Source of the DNA: Elsinoe ampelina
Taxonomy: Eukaryota
NCBI GenBank assembly: GCA_010093995.1
Contig: ML992505.1
Span: 1,780,670-1,814,543, forward strand
Direction of reading: 5' to 3'
DNA: 33,874 nucleotides
Shown: piece by piece, positions 12,663 through 22,268 of the stretch
How the letters are laid out: the number at the start of each line of letters is the position of its first letter
Numbering within the stretch: the first letter of the stretch is position 1
Translations under genes and position numbers: made by a program
The notes under the pieces: model-generated
Told to the model about the DNA's origin: nothing
What the model saw: only the letters and a program-made list of their open reading frames with translations
Database searches by the model: none

Positions 12663-13667
12663 ATGGGGTGGCTTTGGAATTCGAAGCCTTCGAATGATGG
12701 CTACGATGCTCTTGATGCCAATACCAAAGCCCTTCTCGACAAGGAAGCGCCCAAACCACAATCCCCTCCACCACCAACTCCCATATCCCAAACACCACAA
12801 CCTCCATCCAAATCATACAGCGAGCGAGTCGGCCTCACCAACCCCGTAGATAAACCCTCCCCACCCTCTCCCGCCGAAACCGACACCTGCCCCCCCACCG
12901 TCCCACCCCAATCCCTCTACCAAGACGGCCGCTACTCCCACCTCTGGAAAACCTACACGCCCTCCACCTCTGCCCCCTCCCCGACCGCCTCCCAAGACCA
13001 ACTCACCAACCTCCTCTCCTCGTACTCGTCCCGGCGCGCCGCCGTCTCCCGCGCCGCCCTCGAAAACTGCGTCGAAGAACACATTGCCGAAAACGAGTGT
13101 TTCTCGTCGGGGAACCTGGCGCAAAAGATGCGGGGGTGCAGGGACGAGAGCAAGACGTTTAGTAAATGCTATACCCTCCAGGCGAGGTTTCTCAAGGCGA
13201 TGGGGTATATGGACTTGCGTCTTGATGAGGACGCGAGGGGGGATGAGAAGAGGGAGGCGATGCAGGCTCGTGCGGACGGGATATGGCAGGAAGTGAGGAG
13301 GAGGGAGGAGGCGGAGAAGAGGGCGAAGAAGGAGGGGAGGGAGGCGCCGGTGTTTGGGGAGTTGGAGGTGCCGTGGAGAGGGGAGGTGGGGATGGGGAAG
13401 AGCAGTGAGGAGAGGCAGGAGGAGATGTTGGCTTGGTTCAGGGAGGAGAGGAGGGAGGTGGTGAGGGAGGAGTTGAAGAAGGTGCCGGAGGGGGAGAGGG
13501 AGTTGGAGTTGAGGTTGAGGATCGCGGAGACGAAGGCGGATGTCGGGTATGGTGAGGCGGTGGGGAGGTTTTTTGAGCAGGAGAAGGAGGATCGCAGGGC
13601 GAGGAAGGAGAAGGGGAATACGACGTTGGGTGATTGGTTGAAGTGGATTGGGGGTTGGAGTCAATGA
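12663..13667 (+). CDS. Fungal protein with twin CX9C motif and C-terminal charged coiled coil
   Basis: ATG at 12663 in good context (caaaATGG) gives MGWLW. Motifs C-VEEHIAENE-C and C-RDESKTFSK-C are present in a 334-codon ORF with no evident intron. Confidence 0.8.
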   Translation: MGWLWNSKPSNDGYDALDANTKALLDKEAPKPQSPPPPTPISQTPQPPSKSYSERVGLTNPVDKPSPPSPAETDTCPPTVPPQSLYQDGRYSHLWKTYTPSTSAPSPTASQDQLTNLLSSYSSRRAAVSRAALENCVEEHIAENECFSSGNLAQKMRGCRDESKTFSKCYTLQARFLKAMGYMDLRLDEDARGDEKREAMQARADGIWQEVRRREEAEKRAKKEGREAPVFGELEVPWRGEVGMGKSSEERQEEMLAWFREERREVVREELKKVPEGERELELRLRIAETKADVGYGEAVGRFFEQEKEDRRARKEKGNTTLGDWLKWIGGWSQ

Positions 13668-13806
13668 GCATGTGAATGCATGTGTTTGCCGGGGATGTGC
13701 CAGGAAAATCTTTCGACGTGTCTTCACCAATTTGGACTTGCGAAACACCTCCCACATCGCGACATCGACGTATCGCAGACGGTTTGAAGCCAGAAGCTCG
13801 ACAGCC

Positions 13807-15183
13807 ATGGCGGTGTTTCCAATAGAGATCTTCGCTCTTATCGCCAAGGAGGTCACATCCTCCGCTGACCTTCTACACCTGTCGCTCTGCAGCAGCAGTA
13901 TTCACAAAGAGATATATCACACGCTTTATTATCGCCTCGAAATCCAATCCTCGGTGAAGCTTAAAAAGCTTGCGAGACTCTTATACGCTCGACCAGATCT
14001 CGCTATCAAGGTCAAACACATCACAGTTGTCGGACGATGCCATGCTTTCTCATCCTCAGAAGGGTTCCCGGCATGCGAGACTTTGGCTCCGCACGTATCA
14101 AGCCACTCTGACCACCTCCCGTACAAATTGAAGGAAGACTTGCAGCTTCGCGACTTCCTGGCGCAAATTCGAGCTGGCGATCAAGATTACACTCGTCATT
14201 GGTCTCAAATCATGCCTTCAACTACATGGGATGGCTACTGCGCCATCCTGCTGTCCATCTTGCCAAGCCTGCGGTCTATAGACATCACAATACCATTCAA
14301 GGGTTCTCAGACCCACGGGCGACACGCACAAGACCTCCCTTACGTTTTCGGGTACCGGAATAGTCAAGGGGGACACCTGGGCTACTATGTCGACACTTAC
14401 AGGACCATGGACATCTTGAAGGCCATGTCAAGCGTAGGATATCCAGATCCACAGGCCCAAAGCCACGGAGCAGAAGTGACGGACCTTTCAATCCGCGGAG
14501 AATTCATGTGCGGTGCATATCAGACCGATGGAGACCAAGCTTACAGTTCCATCGTCGCCGCGGATGTGCTACCAATTGCGGCCGGTTTCAAGAAGCTCCA
14601 CAGACTAACCTTGGGCAACACGACATTCAAGAAGGATCTTCGCCGCGGTATCACACCGGCAATGGCCATGAGCCTGAAGCATCTGGAACTTACTAGTCCG
14701 TACGTCACCAATCACAATGATCGCTGGTCCATTCTCGAGATCCTCAACCCACTGGAAAGTCTCGTCATCAAGCTTGGTCACGCGAAGAACACAACCATGC
14801 CAGCTACGATTGGAGACAGACCGATCAACGGAAAGGAGCTATCGCGGGCGCTGTCATTCCACCACAGCAGTCTTCTCACACTCAAGATTTACTACTTTGA
14901 CTGTGTCTTGGCTGGCGAGCTCCGCGAGGCTCAACCCCCGATGGATTGGTCTGGATTCGAGGGGCTTCGCCGCCTGGAGGCGCCGATGAACTTCTTTTCC
15001 ATGGGTTGTGTGCTTACAAATCTCTCATCCTCGGCCGGGAGAGCGAAGACAGTGGGTGAGGTGGTTCAAAGTCTGCCGGAATGCTTCGAAGAGTTGGTAA
15101 TCAGCAGGTGGAATGGCCCAGAAGGCTTTGAGGAGACCCTGAAGGAATCACTGCCGAGATGCAAGGTTGTGCTTAAATGGTAG
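13807..15183 (+). CDS. F-box-like / LRR-like protein, paralog 1
   Basis: gccATGG start. N-terminus FPIEIFALIAKEV..DLLHLSLCS..IH..LY fits an F-box pattern. LxxLxL repeats occur (LRSIDI, LHRLTL, LKHLEL, LESLVI, LRRLEA). Clearly similar to the ORFs at 15839 and 20637. Confidence 0.82.
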   Translation: MAVFPIEIFALIAKEVTSSADLLHLSLCSSSIHKEIYHTLYYRLEIQSSVKLKKLARLLYARPDLAIKVKHITVVGRCHAFSSSEGFPACETLAPHVSSHSDHLPYKLKEDLQLRDFLAQIRAGDQDYTRHWSQIMPSTTWDGYCAILLSILPSLRSIDITIPFKGSQTHGRHAQDLPYVFGYRNSQGGHLGYYVDTYRTMDILKAMSSVGYPDPQAQSHGAEVTDLSIRGEFMCGAYQTDGDQAYSSIVAADVLPIAAGFKKLHRLTLGNTTFKKDLRRGITPAMAMSLKHLELTSPYVTNHNDRWSILEILNPLESLVIKLGHAKNTTMPATIGDRPINGKELSRALSFHHSSLLTLKIYYFDCVLAGELREAQPPMDWSGFEGLRRLEAPMNFFSMGCVLTNLSSSAGRAKTVGEVVQSLPECFEELVISRWNGPEGFEETLKESLPRCKVVLKW

Positions 15184-15838
15184 AATGGTTCGAAGCTGGA
15201 TTCGAAGCGGCAAAGCCTGTACGAGTTCCGATGGGTATGATGATTTTGGAATCGAGCTGTCGTCACGCCTAGGACTCGCATTCCGACTTCTGGATGGGGA
15301 ACGTTAGCATTGAGCGGGGCCAATATAGCATCCAGTTGGATGGGGAGTTCCGAGAGACAGGAATACATAGACAGAGACTGGATCTGGGTTGTGTACGTCT
15401 CGAAATGGAATCAGTGCCTGCATGGTTTGTATTAGTCTCGTTTGCCGATCTCTACACGACATCCTTGTGGTTTTGAAGCTCACCGCCATGGCCTCCTCGC
15501 CAGGCATGTGTTGGAAAGGGCTCTCGTGCAGGCTGCTGGCTGGCTTCGCTGAGAACTTCGACGAGGTGACGACAGGGAGCCGAACGGGAGTCAAGTAATT
15601 GCTCGAAGCGGGACTGGCAGGTAGCAAGCACGTGAACGCACATGATTGCCGGACAAGTGCCAGAGAAAAGTCCTCGCCTCTTCCTCCACGGCATCTTCAT
15701 CATCTATCTTCTCTCTTCCTTCACATCATCTGCATCATCTCCTCTCCTCCATCCGTCATTCATGCGCGACACAACGGCACGACCAGCGTCGCCATCAACT
15801 TCGCCATCAACTCACACGAAGGCCTGCCTGATCACACG

Positions 15839-17260
15839 ATGAGCCCGCCGCTGCCATCATCATCGTCCACCAACGACTCACGAATGGTTCCTGTCAAGAT
15901 GGCTCACGAGTTCGGTCGCAAGGAGCATCTCTATAATGTCCTCGCCAGCGAAATGGACTCATCATCGGACATCCTCAACCTCTCTCTGTGCAGCAAAGAC
16001 ATTCACAAGATCGTCTTCCCCTGGCTGTACCGCCGCATCGTGATCCGTACACCCCGCAAGCTGGAACGAGTCACGAAATTGATGTACGACCGTCCTGATC
16101 TTGCGAAGCAGGTCAGATGTCTCAAAGTGGTTATCCGGTGCCATGCTTTCTCTCCAGAGGAGGGATTTCCGGCTTGCAGCACCATGGCGCCTCATGTGGC
16201 GGACTTTCCTTTGACTGATGGTGGGACGGCGGAGCGTGCTCGATTCAAAAATTTCCTGGCGAGAGTCAGAGCTGGTAATATGGATCCAACACGTCACTGG
16301 CTGAGTACCTCGGTGGAGCGTACCTCGGATGTGTACTGTGCTATCCTCTTGGCCACGCTTCCGGAACTGGTGGCTATCGACATTACGTTTCCTTTCGAAA
16401 CGAGCTTCTTACCACGACGCTCCAGGGATGCAAGCACACTGGATGGAGATGATTCCGAATACCACCAATGGAGCATAAAAGAGTCTTGTACGATGGACAT
16501 CCTGAAGGCGCTTGCAAATGGGGCACTTGCGCCAGATCAGGGGGCTGCAAGCTACCCAAAGATCGTTGATCTCGCACTCCGAGGCGAACATACCTGTGGG
16601 GCTTTTGGCAGCGACTCACTAGGAACGTTCTCTGGCATACAGTTATGCAACATACTGTCCTCACTCGCAGGAATGAGGCAGCTCCAACATCTGACTTTGA
16701 GCAACTTTGAGCTGAGTATTAGCAATGGGCATTCCACGCTTTTCTCAAATCTCACTCACTTGGAGCTGGATGCACCCCGTGTTACTGGCGTATCGCGTAG
16801 AGGGGCTTGGACTTCGCTCTCGATGTTGAATCCCCTGGAAAGCTTGGTCATCAAACTGGGGCATCCTCTAAACACGGCTTCAAGGTTTCGACGCAGGAAT
16901 GACGAACCAGTCGACGGACAGGCTTTGAACACAGCACTCAGGTCCCATCACCAAAGCCTGCTGTATCTCAAGATCATTCACTTCGGCTGCGTCACCGATG
17001 CCGAATACCGTCCAGTACATCCTCGGATGATCTGGACGGAATTTCAAACACTTCGCCGCCTGGAAATTCCAGTCAACTTCCTTATGGGATCGGATCAACG
17101 TCTATTCGGCGTCCAGCTGGGAAAGTCGGCGAACTCAGAGATAGCAGAACTGTTGCCATCCAACCTGAATGAGCTTAGAGTCAGCAGACTGGGGCGCGAC
17201 ACAGGGCTCCGAGAGGCAGTCAACGAGGTGTTGCCAAATTGCCGAGTGGTATCGTTGTAG
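15839..17260 (+). CDS. F-box-like / LRR-like protein, paralog 2
   Basis: First ATG at 15839. Shares RCHAFSxxEGFPAC, YCAILL, TMDILKA, LNPLESLVIKLGH and the terminal LPxCxVV with paralog 1. Confidence 0.82.
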   Translation: MSPPLPSSSSTNDSRMVPVKMAHEFGRKEHLYNVLASEMDSSSDILNLSLCSKDIHKIVFPWLYRRIVIRTPRKLERVTKLMYDRPDLAKQVRCLKVVIRCHAFSPEEGFPACSTMAPHVADFPLTDGGTAERARFKNFLARVRAGNMDPTRHWLSTSVERTSDVYCAILLATLPELVAIDITFPFETSFLPRRSRDASTLDGDDSEYHQWSIKESCTMDILKALANGALAPDQGAASYPKIVDLALRGEHTCGAFGSDSLGTFSGIQLCNILSSLAGMRQLQHLTLSNFELSISNGHSTLFSNLTHLELDAPRVTGVSRRGAWTSLSMLNPLESLVIKLGHPLNTASRFRRRNDEPVDGQALNTALRSHHQSLLYLKIIHFGCVTDAEYRPVHPRMIWTEFQTLRRLEIPVNFLMGSDQRLFGVQLGKSANSEIAELLPSNLNELRVSRLGRDTGLREAVNEVLPNCRVVSL

Positions 17261-18050
17261 GCATCTTCAAAGTCACAGAGAAGGCAGTGGTTGCAGACGG
17301 ATGACGACCGTCACACTGGCCAGAGACAACTAAAGGACTGACCGAAATGAGCCAACCGCATGTATCACCTCTGATATTTCAGTCCTGGAGAGGTTCTCCG
17401 GTGGGTACAGTAAAGAGACTATATGCAGTAGCATCCACGTAACGTGCAGGACATGGTCGAGAGAGACAATCAAGGCGTGTGATGCCCGCCACTTTCAGAC
17501 AAGTAGCTTCTGAGTATCATGTACCTTGGCTTGAATTCCAATTCCAACATCAAACTCGATCTTACTCCCTTTCTACGCGAGCTTATACAGTATAATATCA
17601 GCATACTCACTTCCCTGACCCCCAGATGATGGTTCTCATAAAATCTTTTGCCCCAATCAGCATCATCACCTCACACACTTGCCCGACCAACATCGCCGTC
17701 ACCATCGCCAACACCTTCACCATCACCGGCGCCATCACCTTGCGTGCCATCGGAGTCCAGCATGGTCACCGCCTGGCCTCATGCGTCCGGCATTGATCTG
17801 TCCCGGGTGTGGAAAGCGTTCAATCAGGCGTCCACGAAGATTACCTATCCCACAGCTGTCCTGCTGCGGTCAAGCACATTCCTACATCCGTGTCGCAGAA
17901 AGTGACAGGTACCTCAAGCATGGCCTGCACTTATCGAGTGAATCCGTGGCGAGCAAGCTATTCGCAATAGAAGCGACTCTCAGAATCTACCGAGCCATCC
18001 GTTTCGGTGCATCAACTGCCTATATCTCACAGACTCGCATCGCCCAGCGA

Positions 18051-19691
18051 TCAACACCATTGACGACCTGGTCCAACAGGGACGATGAATTGGTTGCGCA
18101 CGTCCTCATCCTCGCTTTCGGCCAACTTGTACCAGTCGGAATCCTGCTGGACGCCTTCTTCACCAACGGTCCACATCCCATCAACCACGGCTTTTGCAAA
18201 GTAGCCCAGGAACAGTGCTAATTGCGACGAGTGTTGAGGCATGTAAGGGTTCTGTGATATTTGCAGGAGCAGAGAATTGTGCCTGCGGTATTGCCCGTTT
18301 GGGGCCTTGCGCTTTACCGGTCCGGCGATGCTGTACGGTAGTGCCAGTAGACATCCATCTTCGAATGGACAGAAGCCATCCAGATTAGTCCTGTCCAGAT
18401 AAAGCCCCCAAGGGAGTCTTGTGGGTCTTTCATAAACCTTCCAGGGATTCAAAGCAGCCCTTTCATAATCTCCTCGAAGAACACAAACGGGAATAGTCAC
18501 ATCGTCGTCTGCCATGTCCTCAAAGCTATGACGACTCGCCACGAATTCCTCGGCCGTCGGAAGACGCAGGCCTGGCGCAAGATACTTGAAGCGTGGCGTA
18601 CGTGCCAGCCTGAAGAAACTCCAAGCAAAGCGCTCTTCGTCCAAGCCAGCCGCTTTCAAGGTCTCAACGGAGAAAATTCCGTTCGAAGTTGGAGTGTCTT
18701 GCGCTGATGGAGATTGACGATCCTCGATAGCTTGTACGAGAGCCTGCCATCTGTCGAGCGCTAGATTCAGATCATCCGATGTATAAGGGACGATGGCCCA
18801 CGGATCAACCGTATTTGTAAATCGTTTCGGCACCGTGGGATTTCTTTGAGACTCCTTAGTCGGTGGAATCATCTCTGACCTGTAAGTACCGTCTGACAGG
18901 AGCGTTCTTCGGAGCTTGGGCAGTGAAGGCTCGACTGACTTGTGCAGCGCCACGATTTTCCCGCGCTCGATCAAATCGATGTACACGGTCAGTATCGTCT
19001 CGAGTGGCTGCAATAATCGCTGCGTCCCCGAATTCTGCTCGTCCATGTCAAGAAGAAGGTCAGGATCGTACTGGTTGTAGAAACACATGTGCCTTGTCTG
19101 ATCATATCTGTGCGATGTTAGCGACATGGGGTTCACCAAAACAGCAAGTCCGTACATGATGCCCATGCCGCTCTCCGCAATTGCTGGATCTGTCGAGTAC
19201 AGGCCGATTATTCGCAGGTCGAATTCATCATTTGCGATTATGCTGTACCAGCCCTCGAGCATCTCGCGAGCAGAGGCTAGCATCTCAGCGTAACGGTGGA
19301 AATTGTTCAAAGTCGAAGCTCGCGGATAGCCTGGAAAGCTTGTGTCCCAACCAGCTTCGGGAAAACGAGGACTCATCAAGGTCCTCTTCAGGTATTCCTG
19401 AACGGTTGTGTGGACGGTCGTTTCGATCGTTGCGAGGGAATCAGCGTTCTCGTCCTCCTCCCACCAAGTTCTCTCGGGCATCTCTGCCAAATCGTACCCA
19501 CTGGCCTCCCATGCGTAACGCACCAGCGCATTGTGAAGCTTGCTACAGCGTTCAAAATCCAAGCCTTCGGATGCATTGCTCGATGGGGGATTGTCGTCAG
19601 AGACGCGCATATGGGCAACAGCTACTAGCGCCGGAGAGCTAGACGGTGACGAAGGCGGCGGTCGAAGATGCAGCTCGGAAGGGCGACTCAT
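18051..19691 (-). CDS. Hypothetical fungal protein; probable in-frame 48-nt intron at 19108..19155
   Basis: 546-codon ORF with globular composition (LDFERCSKLHN, PLETILTVYIDLIERGKI, WAIVPY, FKYLAPGL). Minus-strand GTACGG...GCTAAC...CACAG forms a 48-nt intron. Confidence 0.8.
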   Translation of the reverse strand: MSRPSELHLRPPPSSPSSSPALVAVAHMRVSDDNPPSSNASEGLDFERCSKLHNALVRYAWEASGYDLAEMPERTWWEEDENADSLATIETTVHTTVQEYLKRTLMSPRFPEAGWDTSFPGYPRASTLNNFHRYAEMLASAREMLEGWYSIIANDEFDLRIIGLYSTDPAIAESGMGIMYGLAVLVNPMSLTSHRYDQTRHMCFYNQYDPDLLLDMDEQNSGTQRLLQPLETILTVYIDLIERGKIVALHKSVEPSLPKLRRTLLSDGTYRSEMIPPTKESQRNPTVPKRFTNTVDPWAIVPYTSDDLNLALDRWQALVQAIEDRQSPSAQDTPTSNGIFSVETLKAAGLDEERFAWSFFRLARTPRFKYLAPGLRLPTAEEFVASRHSFEDMADDDVTIPVCVLRGDYERAALNPWKVYERPTRLPWGLYLDRTNLDGFCPFEDGCLLALPYSIAGPVKRKAPNGQYRRHNSLLLQISQNPYMPQHSSQLALFLGYFAKAVVDGMWTVGEEGVQQDSDWYKLAESEDEDVRNQFIVPVGPGRQWC

Positions 19692-20636
19692 GGTGTTTGG
19701 GAAGAAGTGTGTGGGAAGAGGTGTCTAGGAAGCCCGAGGTCGGATGCTGACTAACCACGTCTATATGAGAAGTTCCTCCCCCAAATTGATTCTTACCTTC
19801 TTCAGTGCACGCGTGCCACCGTGTTCATTGCCGTCATCAGTCGTTTGATTTGAGCAAGGCTGACCTAGTCGAAAGCATGGTCACGGTCTCCGTGGCCTTG
19901 GTATTCTCTGTCAACGAGTCTTTGCGCCGATGCACCCAGAACATGTCAACCTCCTTGGTATCAAGTTCAATCTTTCATCATGGCAAGACATGCTTCACCC
20001 AATCCAAGAAGATTTTCGTTTGCTCACGCAGCAGCTTGTGCGCCTTTAACACCCAATGTCTTCGTGCCCTGTATGCTCGGCCTTCAAGACATGCAGACGC
20101 TCCATCAATATCCGGTCGCGGGAAGACGACCGATGTGAAGAAGAGAAATGTGGTCCGGCGGTACGGTCCCTCGTTGAGCATGTGATATCATATGTCAGGG
20201 CCAAGTCGACAAGGTGAAGATTCTGCATTCACGCTGACCTCTTTCCTCCACTCCACAACATACTCCTCACTACACGCAAAGTCACATTAAGCACTTATCA
20301 TCACAGGACCTCGATGATAAGCGCTCTGATGGCGCCAGATTGGACTCTGTGCCTCGCGACCAAGCTGTGATCGCCGCGCTGGTCGTCCGACTCTTCTGTC
20401 CAAGGAGTCGGCAAGGTTAGCTAGGCACGCTCGCCAGGGAGACACCCTCTCTGACCAGTCGTAAGTTTTTGGCATCGCTATCATAATTTCACAAGGCCTA
20501 TTGACTGACCGATCAGCTCCAACAAGCCTTACTTCCACTAGAGACTTGCCTTCCGCGACACCACTCGCCACGAACGACATCCCTCGCCTCCCGCAGGTTT
20601 TCCCAAGGGCACTACTGGTGCTCTCTTACAAGAACC

Positions 20637-22268
20637 ATGGCTTCCCCGCCGAAGACTATATACGATGTTCCGACGGAGCTGTTGGGATCTGTCTGTGCTC
20701 ACTTGCCAAAGAAGAAAGACTTGGTCTCTTTCGCCCGGACTTGCCGTCAGATCTCTGGAACCGCTCTGAGTATTCTATTCCAAGATCTTGTCATCACCGA
20801 TCAGGATACGCTCATACACTTTGCGCGCTTTTTCTACCGCAACGAGGATTGGCGCCACTTCGTCAAAGTCATCAGCTTTCTTCCTCGCTACCATGATTTC
20901 TCTGCTGCTGAAGGATTTCCGGTCTGTTCCACCCTCGCGCCCCACCGCGGTCATACTCCTTGCCCGAGCCCAACAGTAAGACGAGATGCGGTTGACTTCA
21001 AACCCATCGCTCGCCAGTGGACATATATCAACGCTAACAAGTGGATGGAGGCTCTCCGCAGCACGCATTGTCTAGATGCGTATACCGCTATCCTCTTGGC
21101 TCTTCTCCCCGGCGTCAGCAGCATCTACCTCGCTTCTCCCCTTATTGAAAGATTGTCTCGTACTGGTGAAAGCCAGAATCCACCTGTACTCCAGATCCAA
21201 TTCGAGTTCACGAAATTGGTGCTATTACGCTTGGCAGATATGTCATCCCAGAGGGAGATGGCGCTACCCGCCTGGGTCACTAACGTATCGCGTTGGAGAA
21301 ATAGCCGTTTGCCCAGACCCCGGGTGAATGACCGCAAAGACATCACCAGTCTGACATGGACAACAGAAAGCATCTGTTCAGGTTATACCACAGATGCGCT
21401 CTATGTCTACGAGCGTGGAGAAGGAGAAGACGTGCTGAGGATGGCTATGAAATTCCGGCAACTGCAGCATCTGGGTATTGGGAACAAGGGTGTTGTGACG
21501 ATTCCAGCAAGCATGTCGTCTTCCAGCTTCCAGTACCTCGTCAGCGTCGAATTGTCTGCTTTGAGGGATGAAACCTTACTGGATTCCATCAATTGCGGTA
21601 TGCTGCCGTACATGGGATACTTGAAGACGTTCAAGGTTGTACTTGGACACTCGGTCAACACCGCCAGGCCCGACGGCCGCAACTGGGGCTATGCTGTCAT
21701 AAATGGACGTAGGCTCAGTCGTGAGCTAGGCAGCAATTGTCCGACTCTCCGGTCACTTACACTGGACGTCTTCAAGTGTCTGGAAGCCATCGAGGCGCCC
21801 GTTATCTTCCCTTGGATCGAGTGGTACCAATTCAGGAACCTGGAGCTACTACACGTCCATTCTGCTTTCCTATCAACAACTGTTGGACCGACACACATGC
21901 TTTGGGATCATATCAGGACGGAAGGTGAATTCGCCGCTGACCTACCCTGGTCGCTGCAGTTCCTAAAGATCAGTAGCCCAGAAAGCATCTTTCGCGACCT
22001 CGGCCACTGTGTTTGGATGTACAACCGCGATTGCAGAGTCGCATGTCAGCGGCCAAATGAAAAGCTCCGAGAGAAAATGCCCGATGCAGGCGTGATGGAG
22101 TTCGGGCAGGCAATGGACGAGGCGCAACGACGGATCAACGGGACACTGAAGGGTGCGAGGAAGAAGAAAGAGGAGTTGGACAGGCGTGCAGAGATCGAGG
22201 AGCAGGAGGAGTACTTGGAGCTCATTGGGGCGCTTTCGGGGATGGAGCAGCAGCCATTACAACCATGA
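20637..22268 (+). CDS. F-box-like / LRR-like protein, paralog 3, with C-terminal coiled-coil tail
   Basis: accATGG start. N-terminal DVPTELLGSVCAHL..KDLVSFARTCRQI is F-box-like. RYHDFSAAEGFPVCSTLAPH, DAYTAILLALLP and LGHSVNT match paralogs 1 and 2. Confidence 0.82.
   Translation: MASPPKTIYDVPTELLGSVCAHLPKKKDLVSFARTCRQISGTALSILFQDLVITDQDTLIHFARFFYRNEDWRHFVKVISFLPRYHDFSAAEGFPVCSTLAPHRGHTPCPSPTVRRDAVDFKPIARQWTYINANKWMEALRSTHCLDAYTAILLALLPGVSSIYLASPLIERLSRTGESQNPPVLQIQFEFTKLVLLRLADMSSQREMALPAWVTNVSRWRNSRLPRPRVNDRKDITSLTWTTESICSGYTTDALYVYERGEGEDVLRMAMKFRQLQHLGIGNKGVVTIPASMSSSSFQYLVSVELSALRDETLLDSINCGMLPYMGYLKTFKVVLGHSVNTARPDGRNWGYAVINGRRLSRELGSNCPTLRSLTLDVFKCLEAIEAPVIFPWIEWYQFRNLELLHVHSAFLSTTVGPTHMLWDHIRTEGEFAADLPWSLQFLKISSPESIFRDLGHCVWMYNRDCRVACQRPNEKLREKMPDAGVMEFGQAMDEAQRRINGTLKGARKKKEELDRRAEIEEQEEYLELIGALSGMEQQPLQP

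Noticed and set aside
13648..13806. N-terminal extension of paralog 1 in the ORF track (similarly 15599-15838 for paralog 2 and 27840-28067 for ILV1)
   Set aside because: The paralog extensions begin at non-ATG codons, and homology starts at or after the downstream ATGs. The ILV1 extension has no recognisable similarity and a better-context ATG lies at 27839.
12813..13856. 347-aa minus-strand ORF
   Set aside because: Antisense to the CX9C gene; its Leu/Pro/His-rich text mirrors the purine tract.
17648..17905. PSPSPTPSPSPAPSP / His-rich short ORFs from a (CAT/CAC/CGC)-like degenerate repeat
   Set aside because: A short low-complexity tract with no ATG-led coherent gene and several stops in the antisense frame; insufficient to call a gene or pseudogene.
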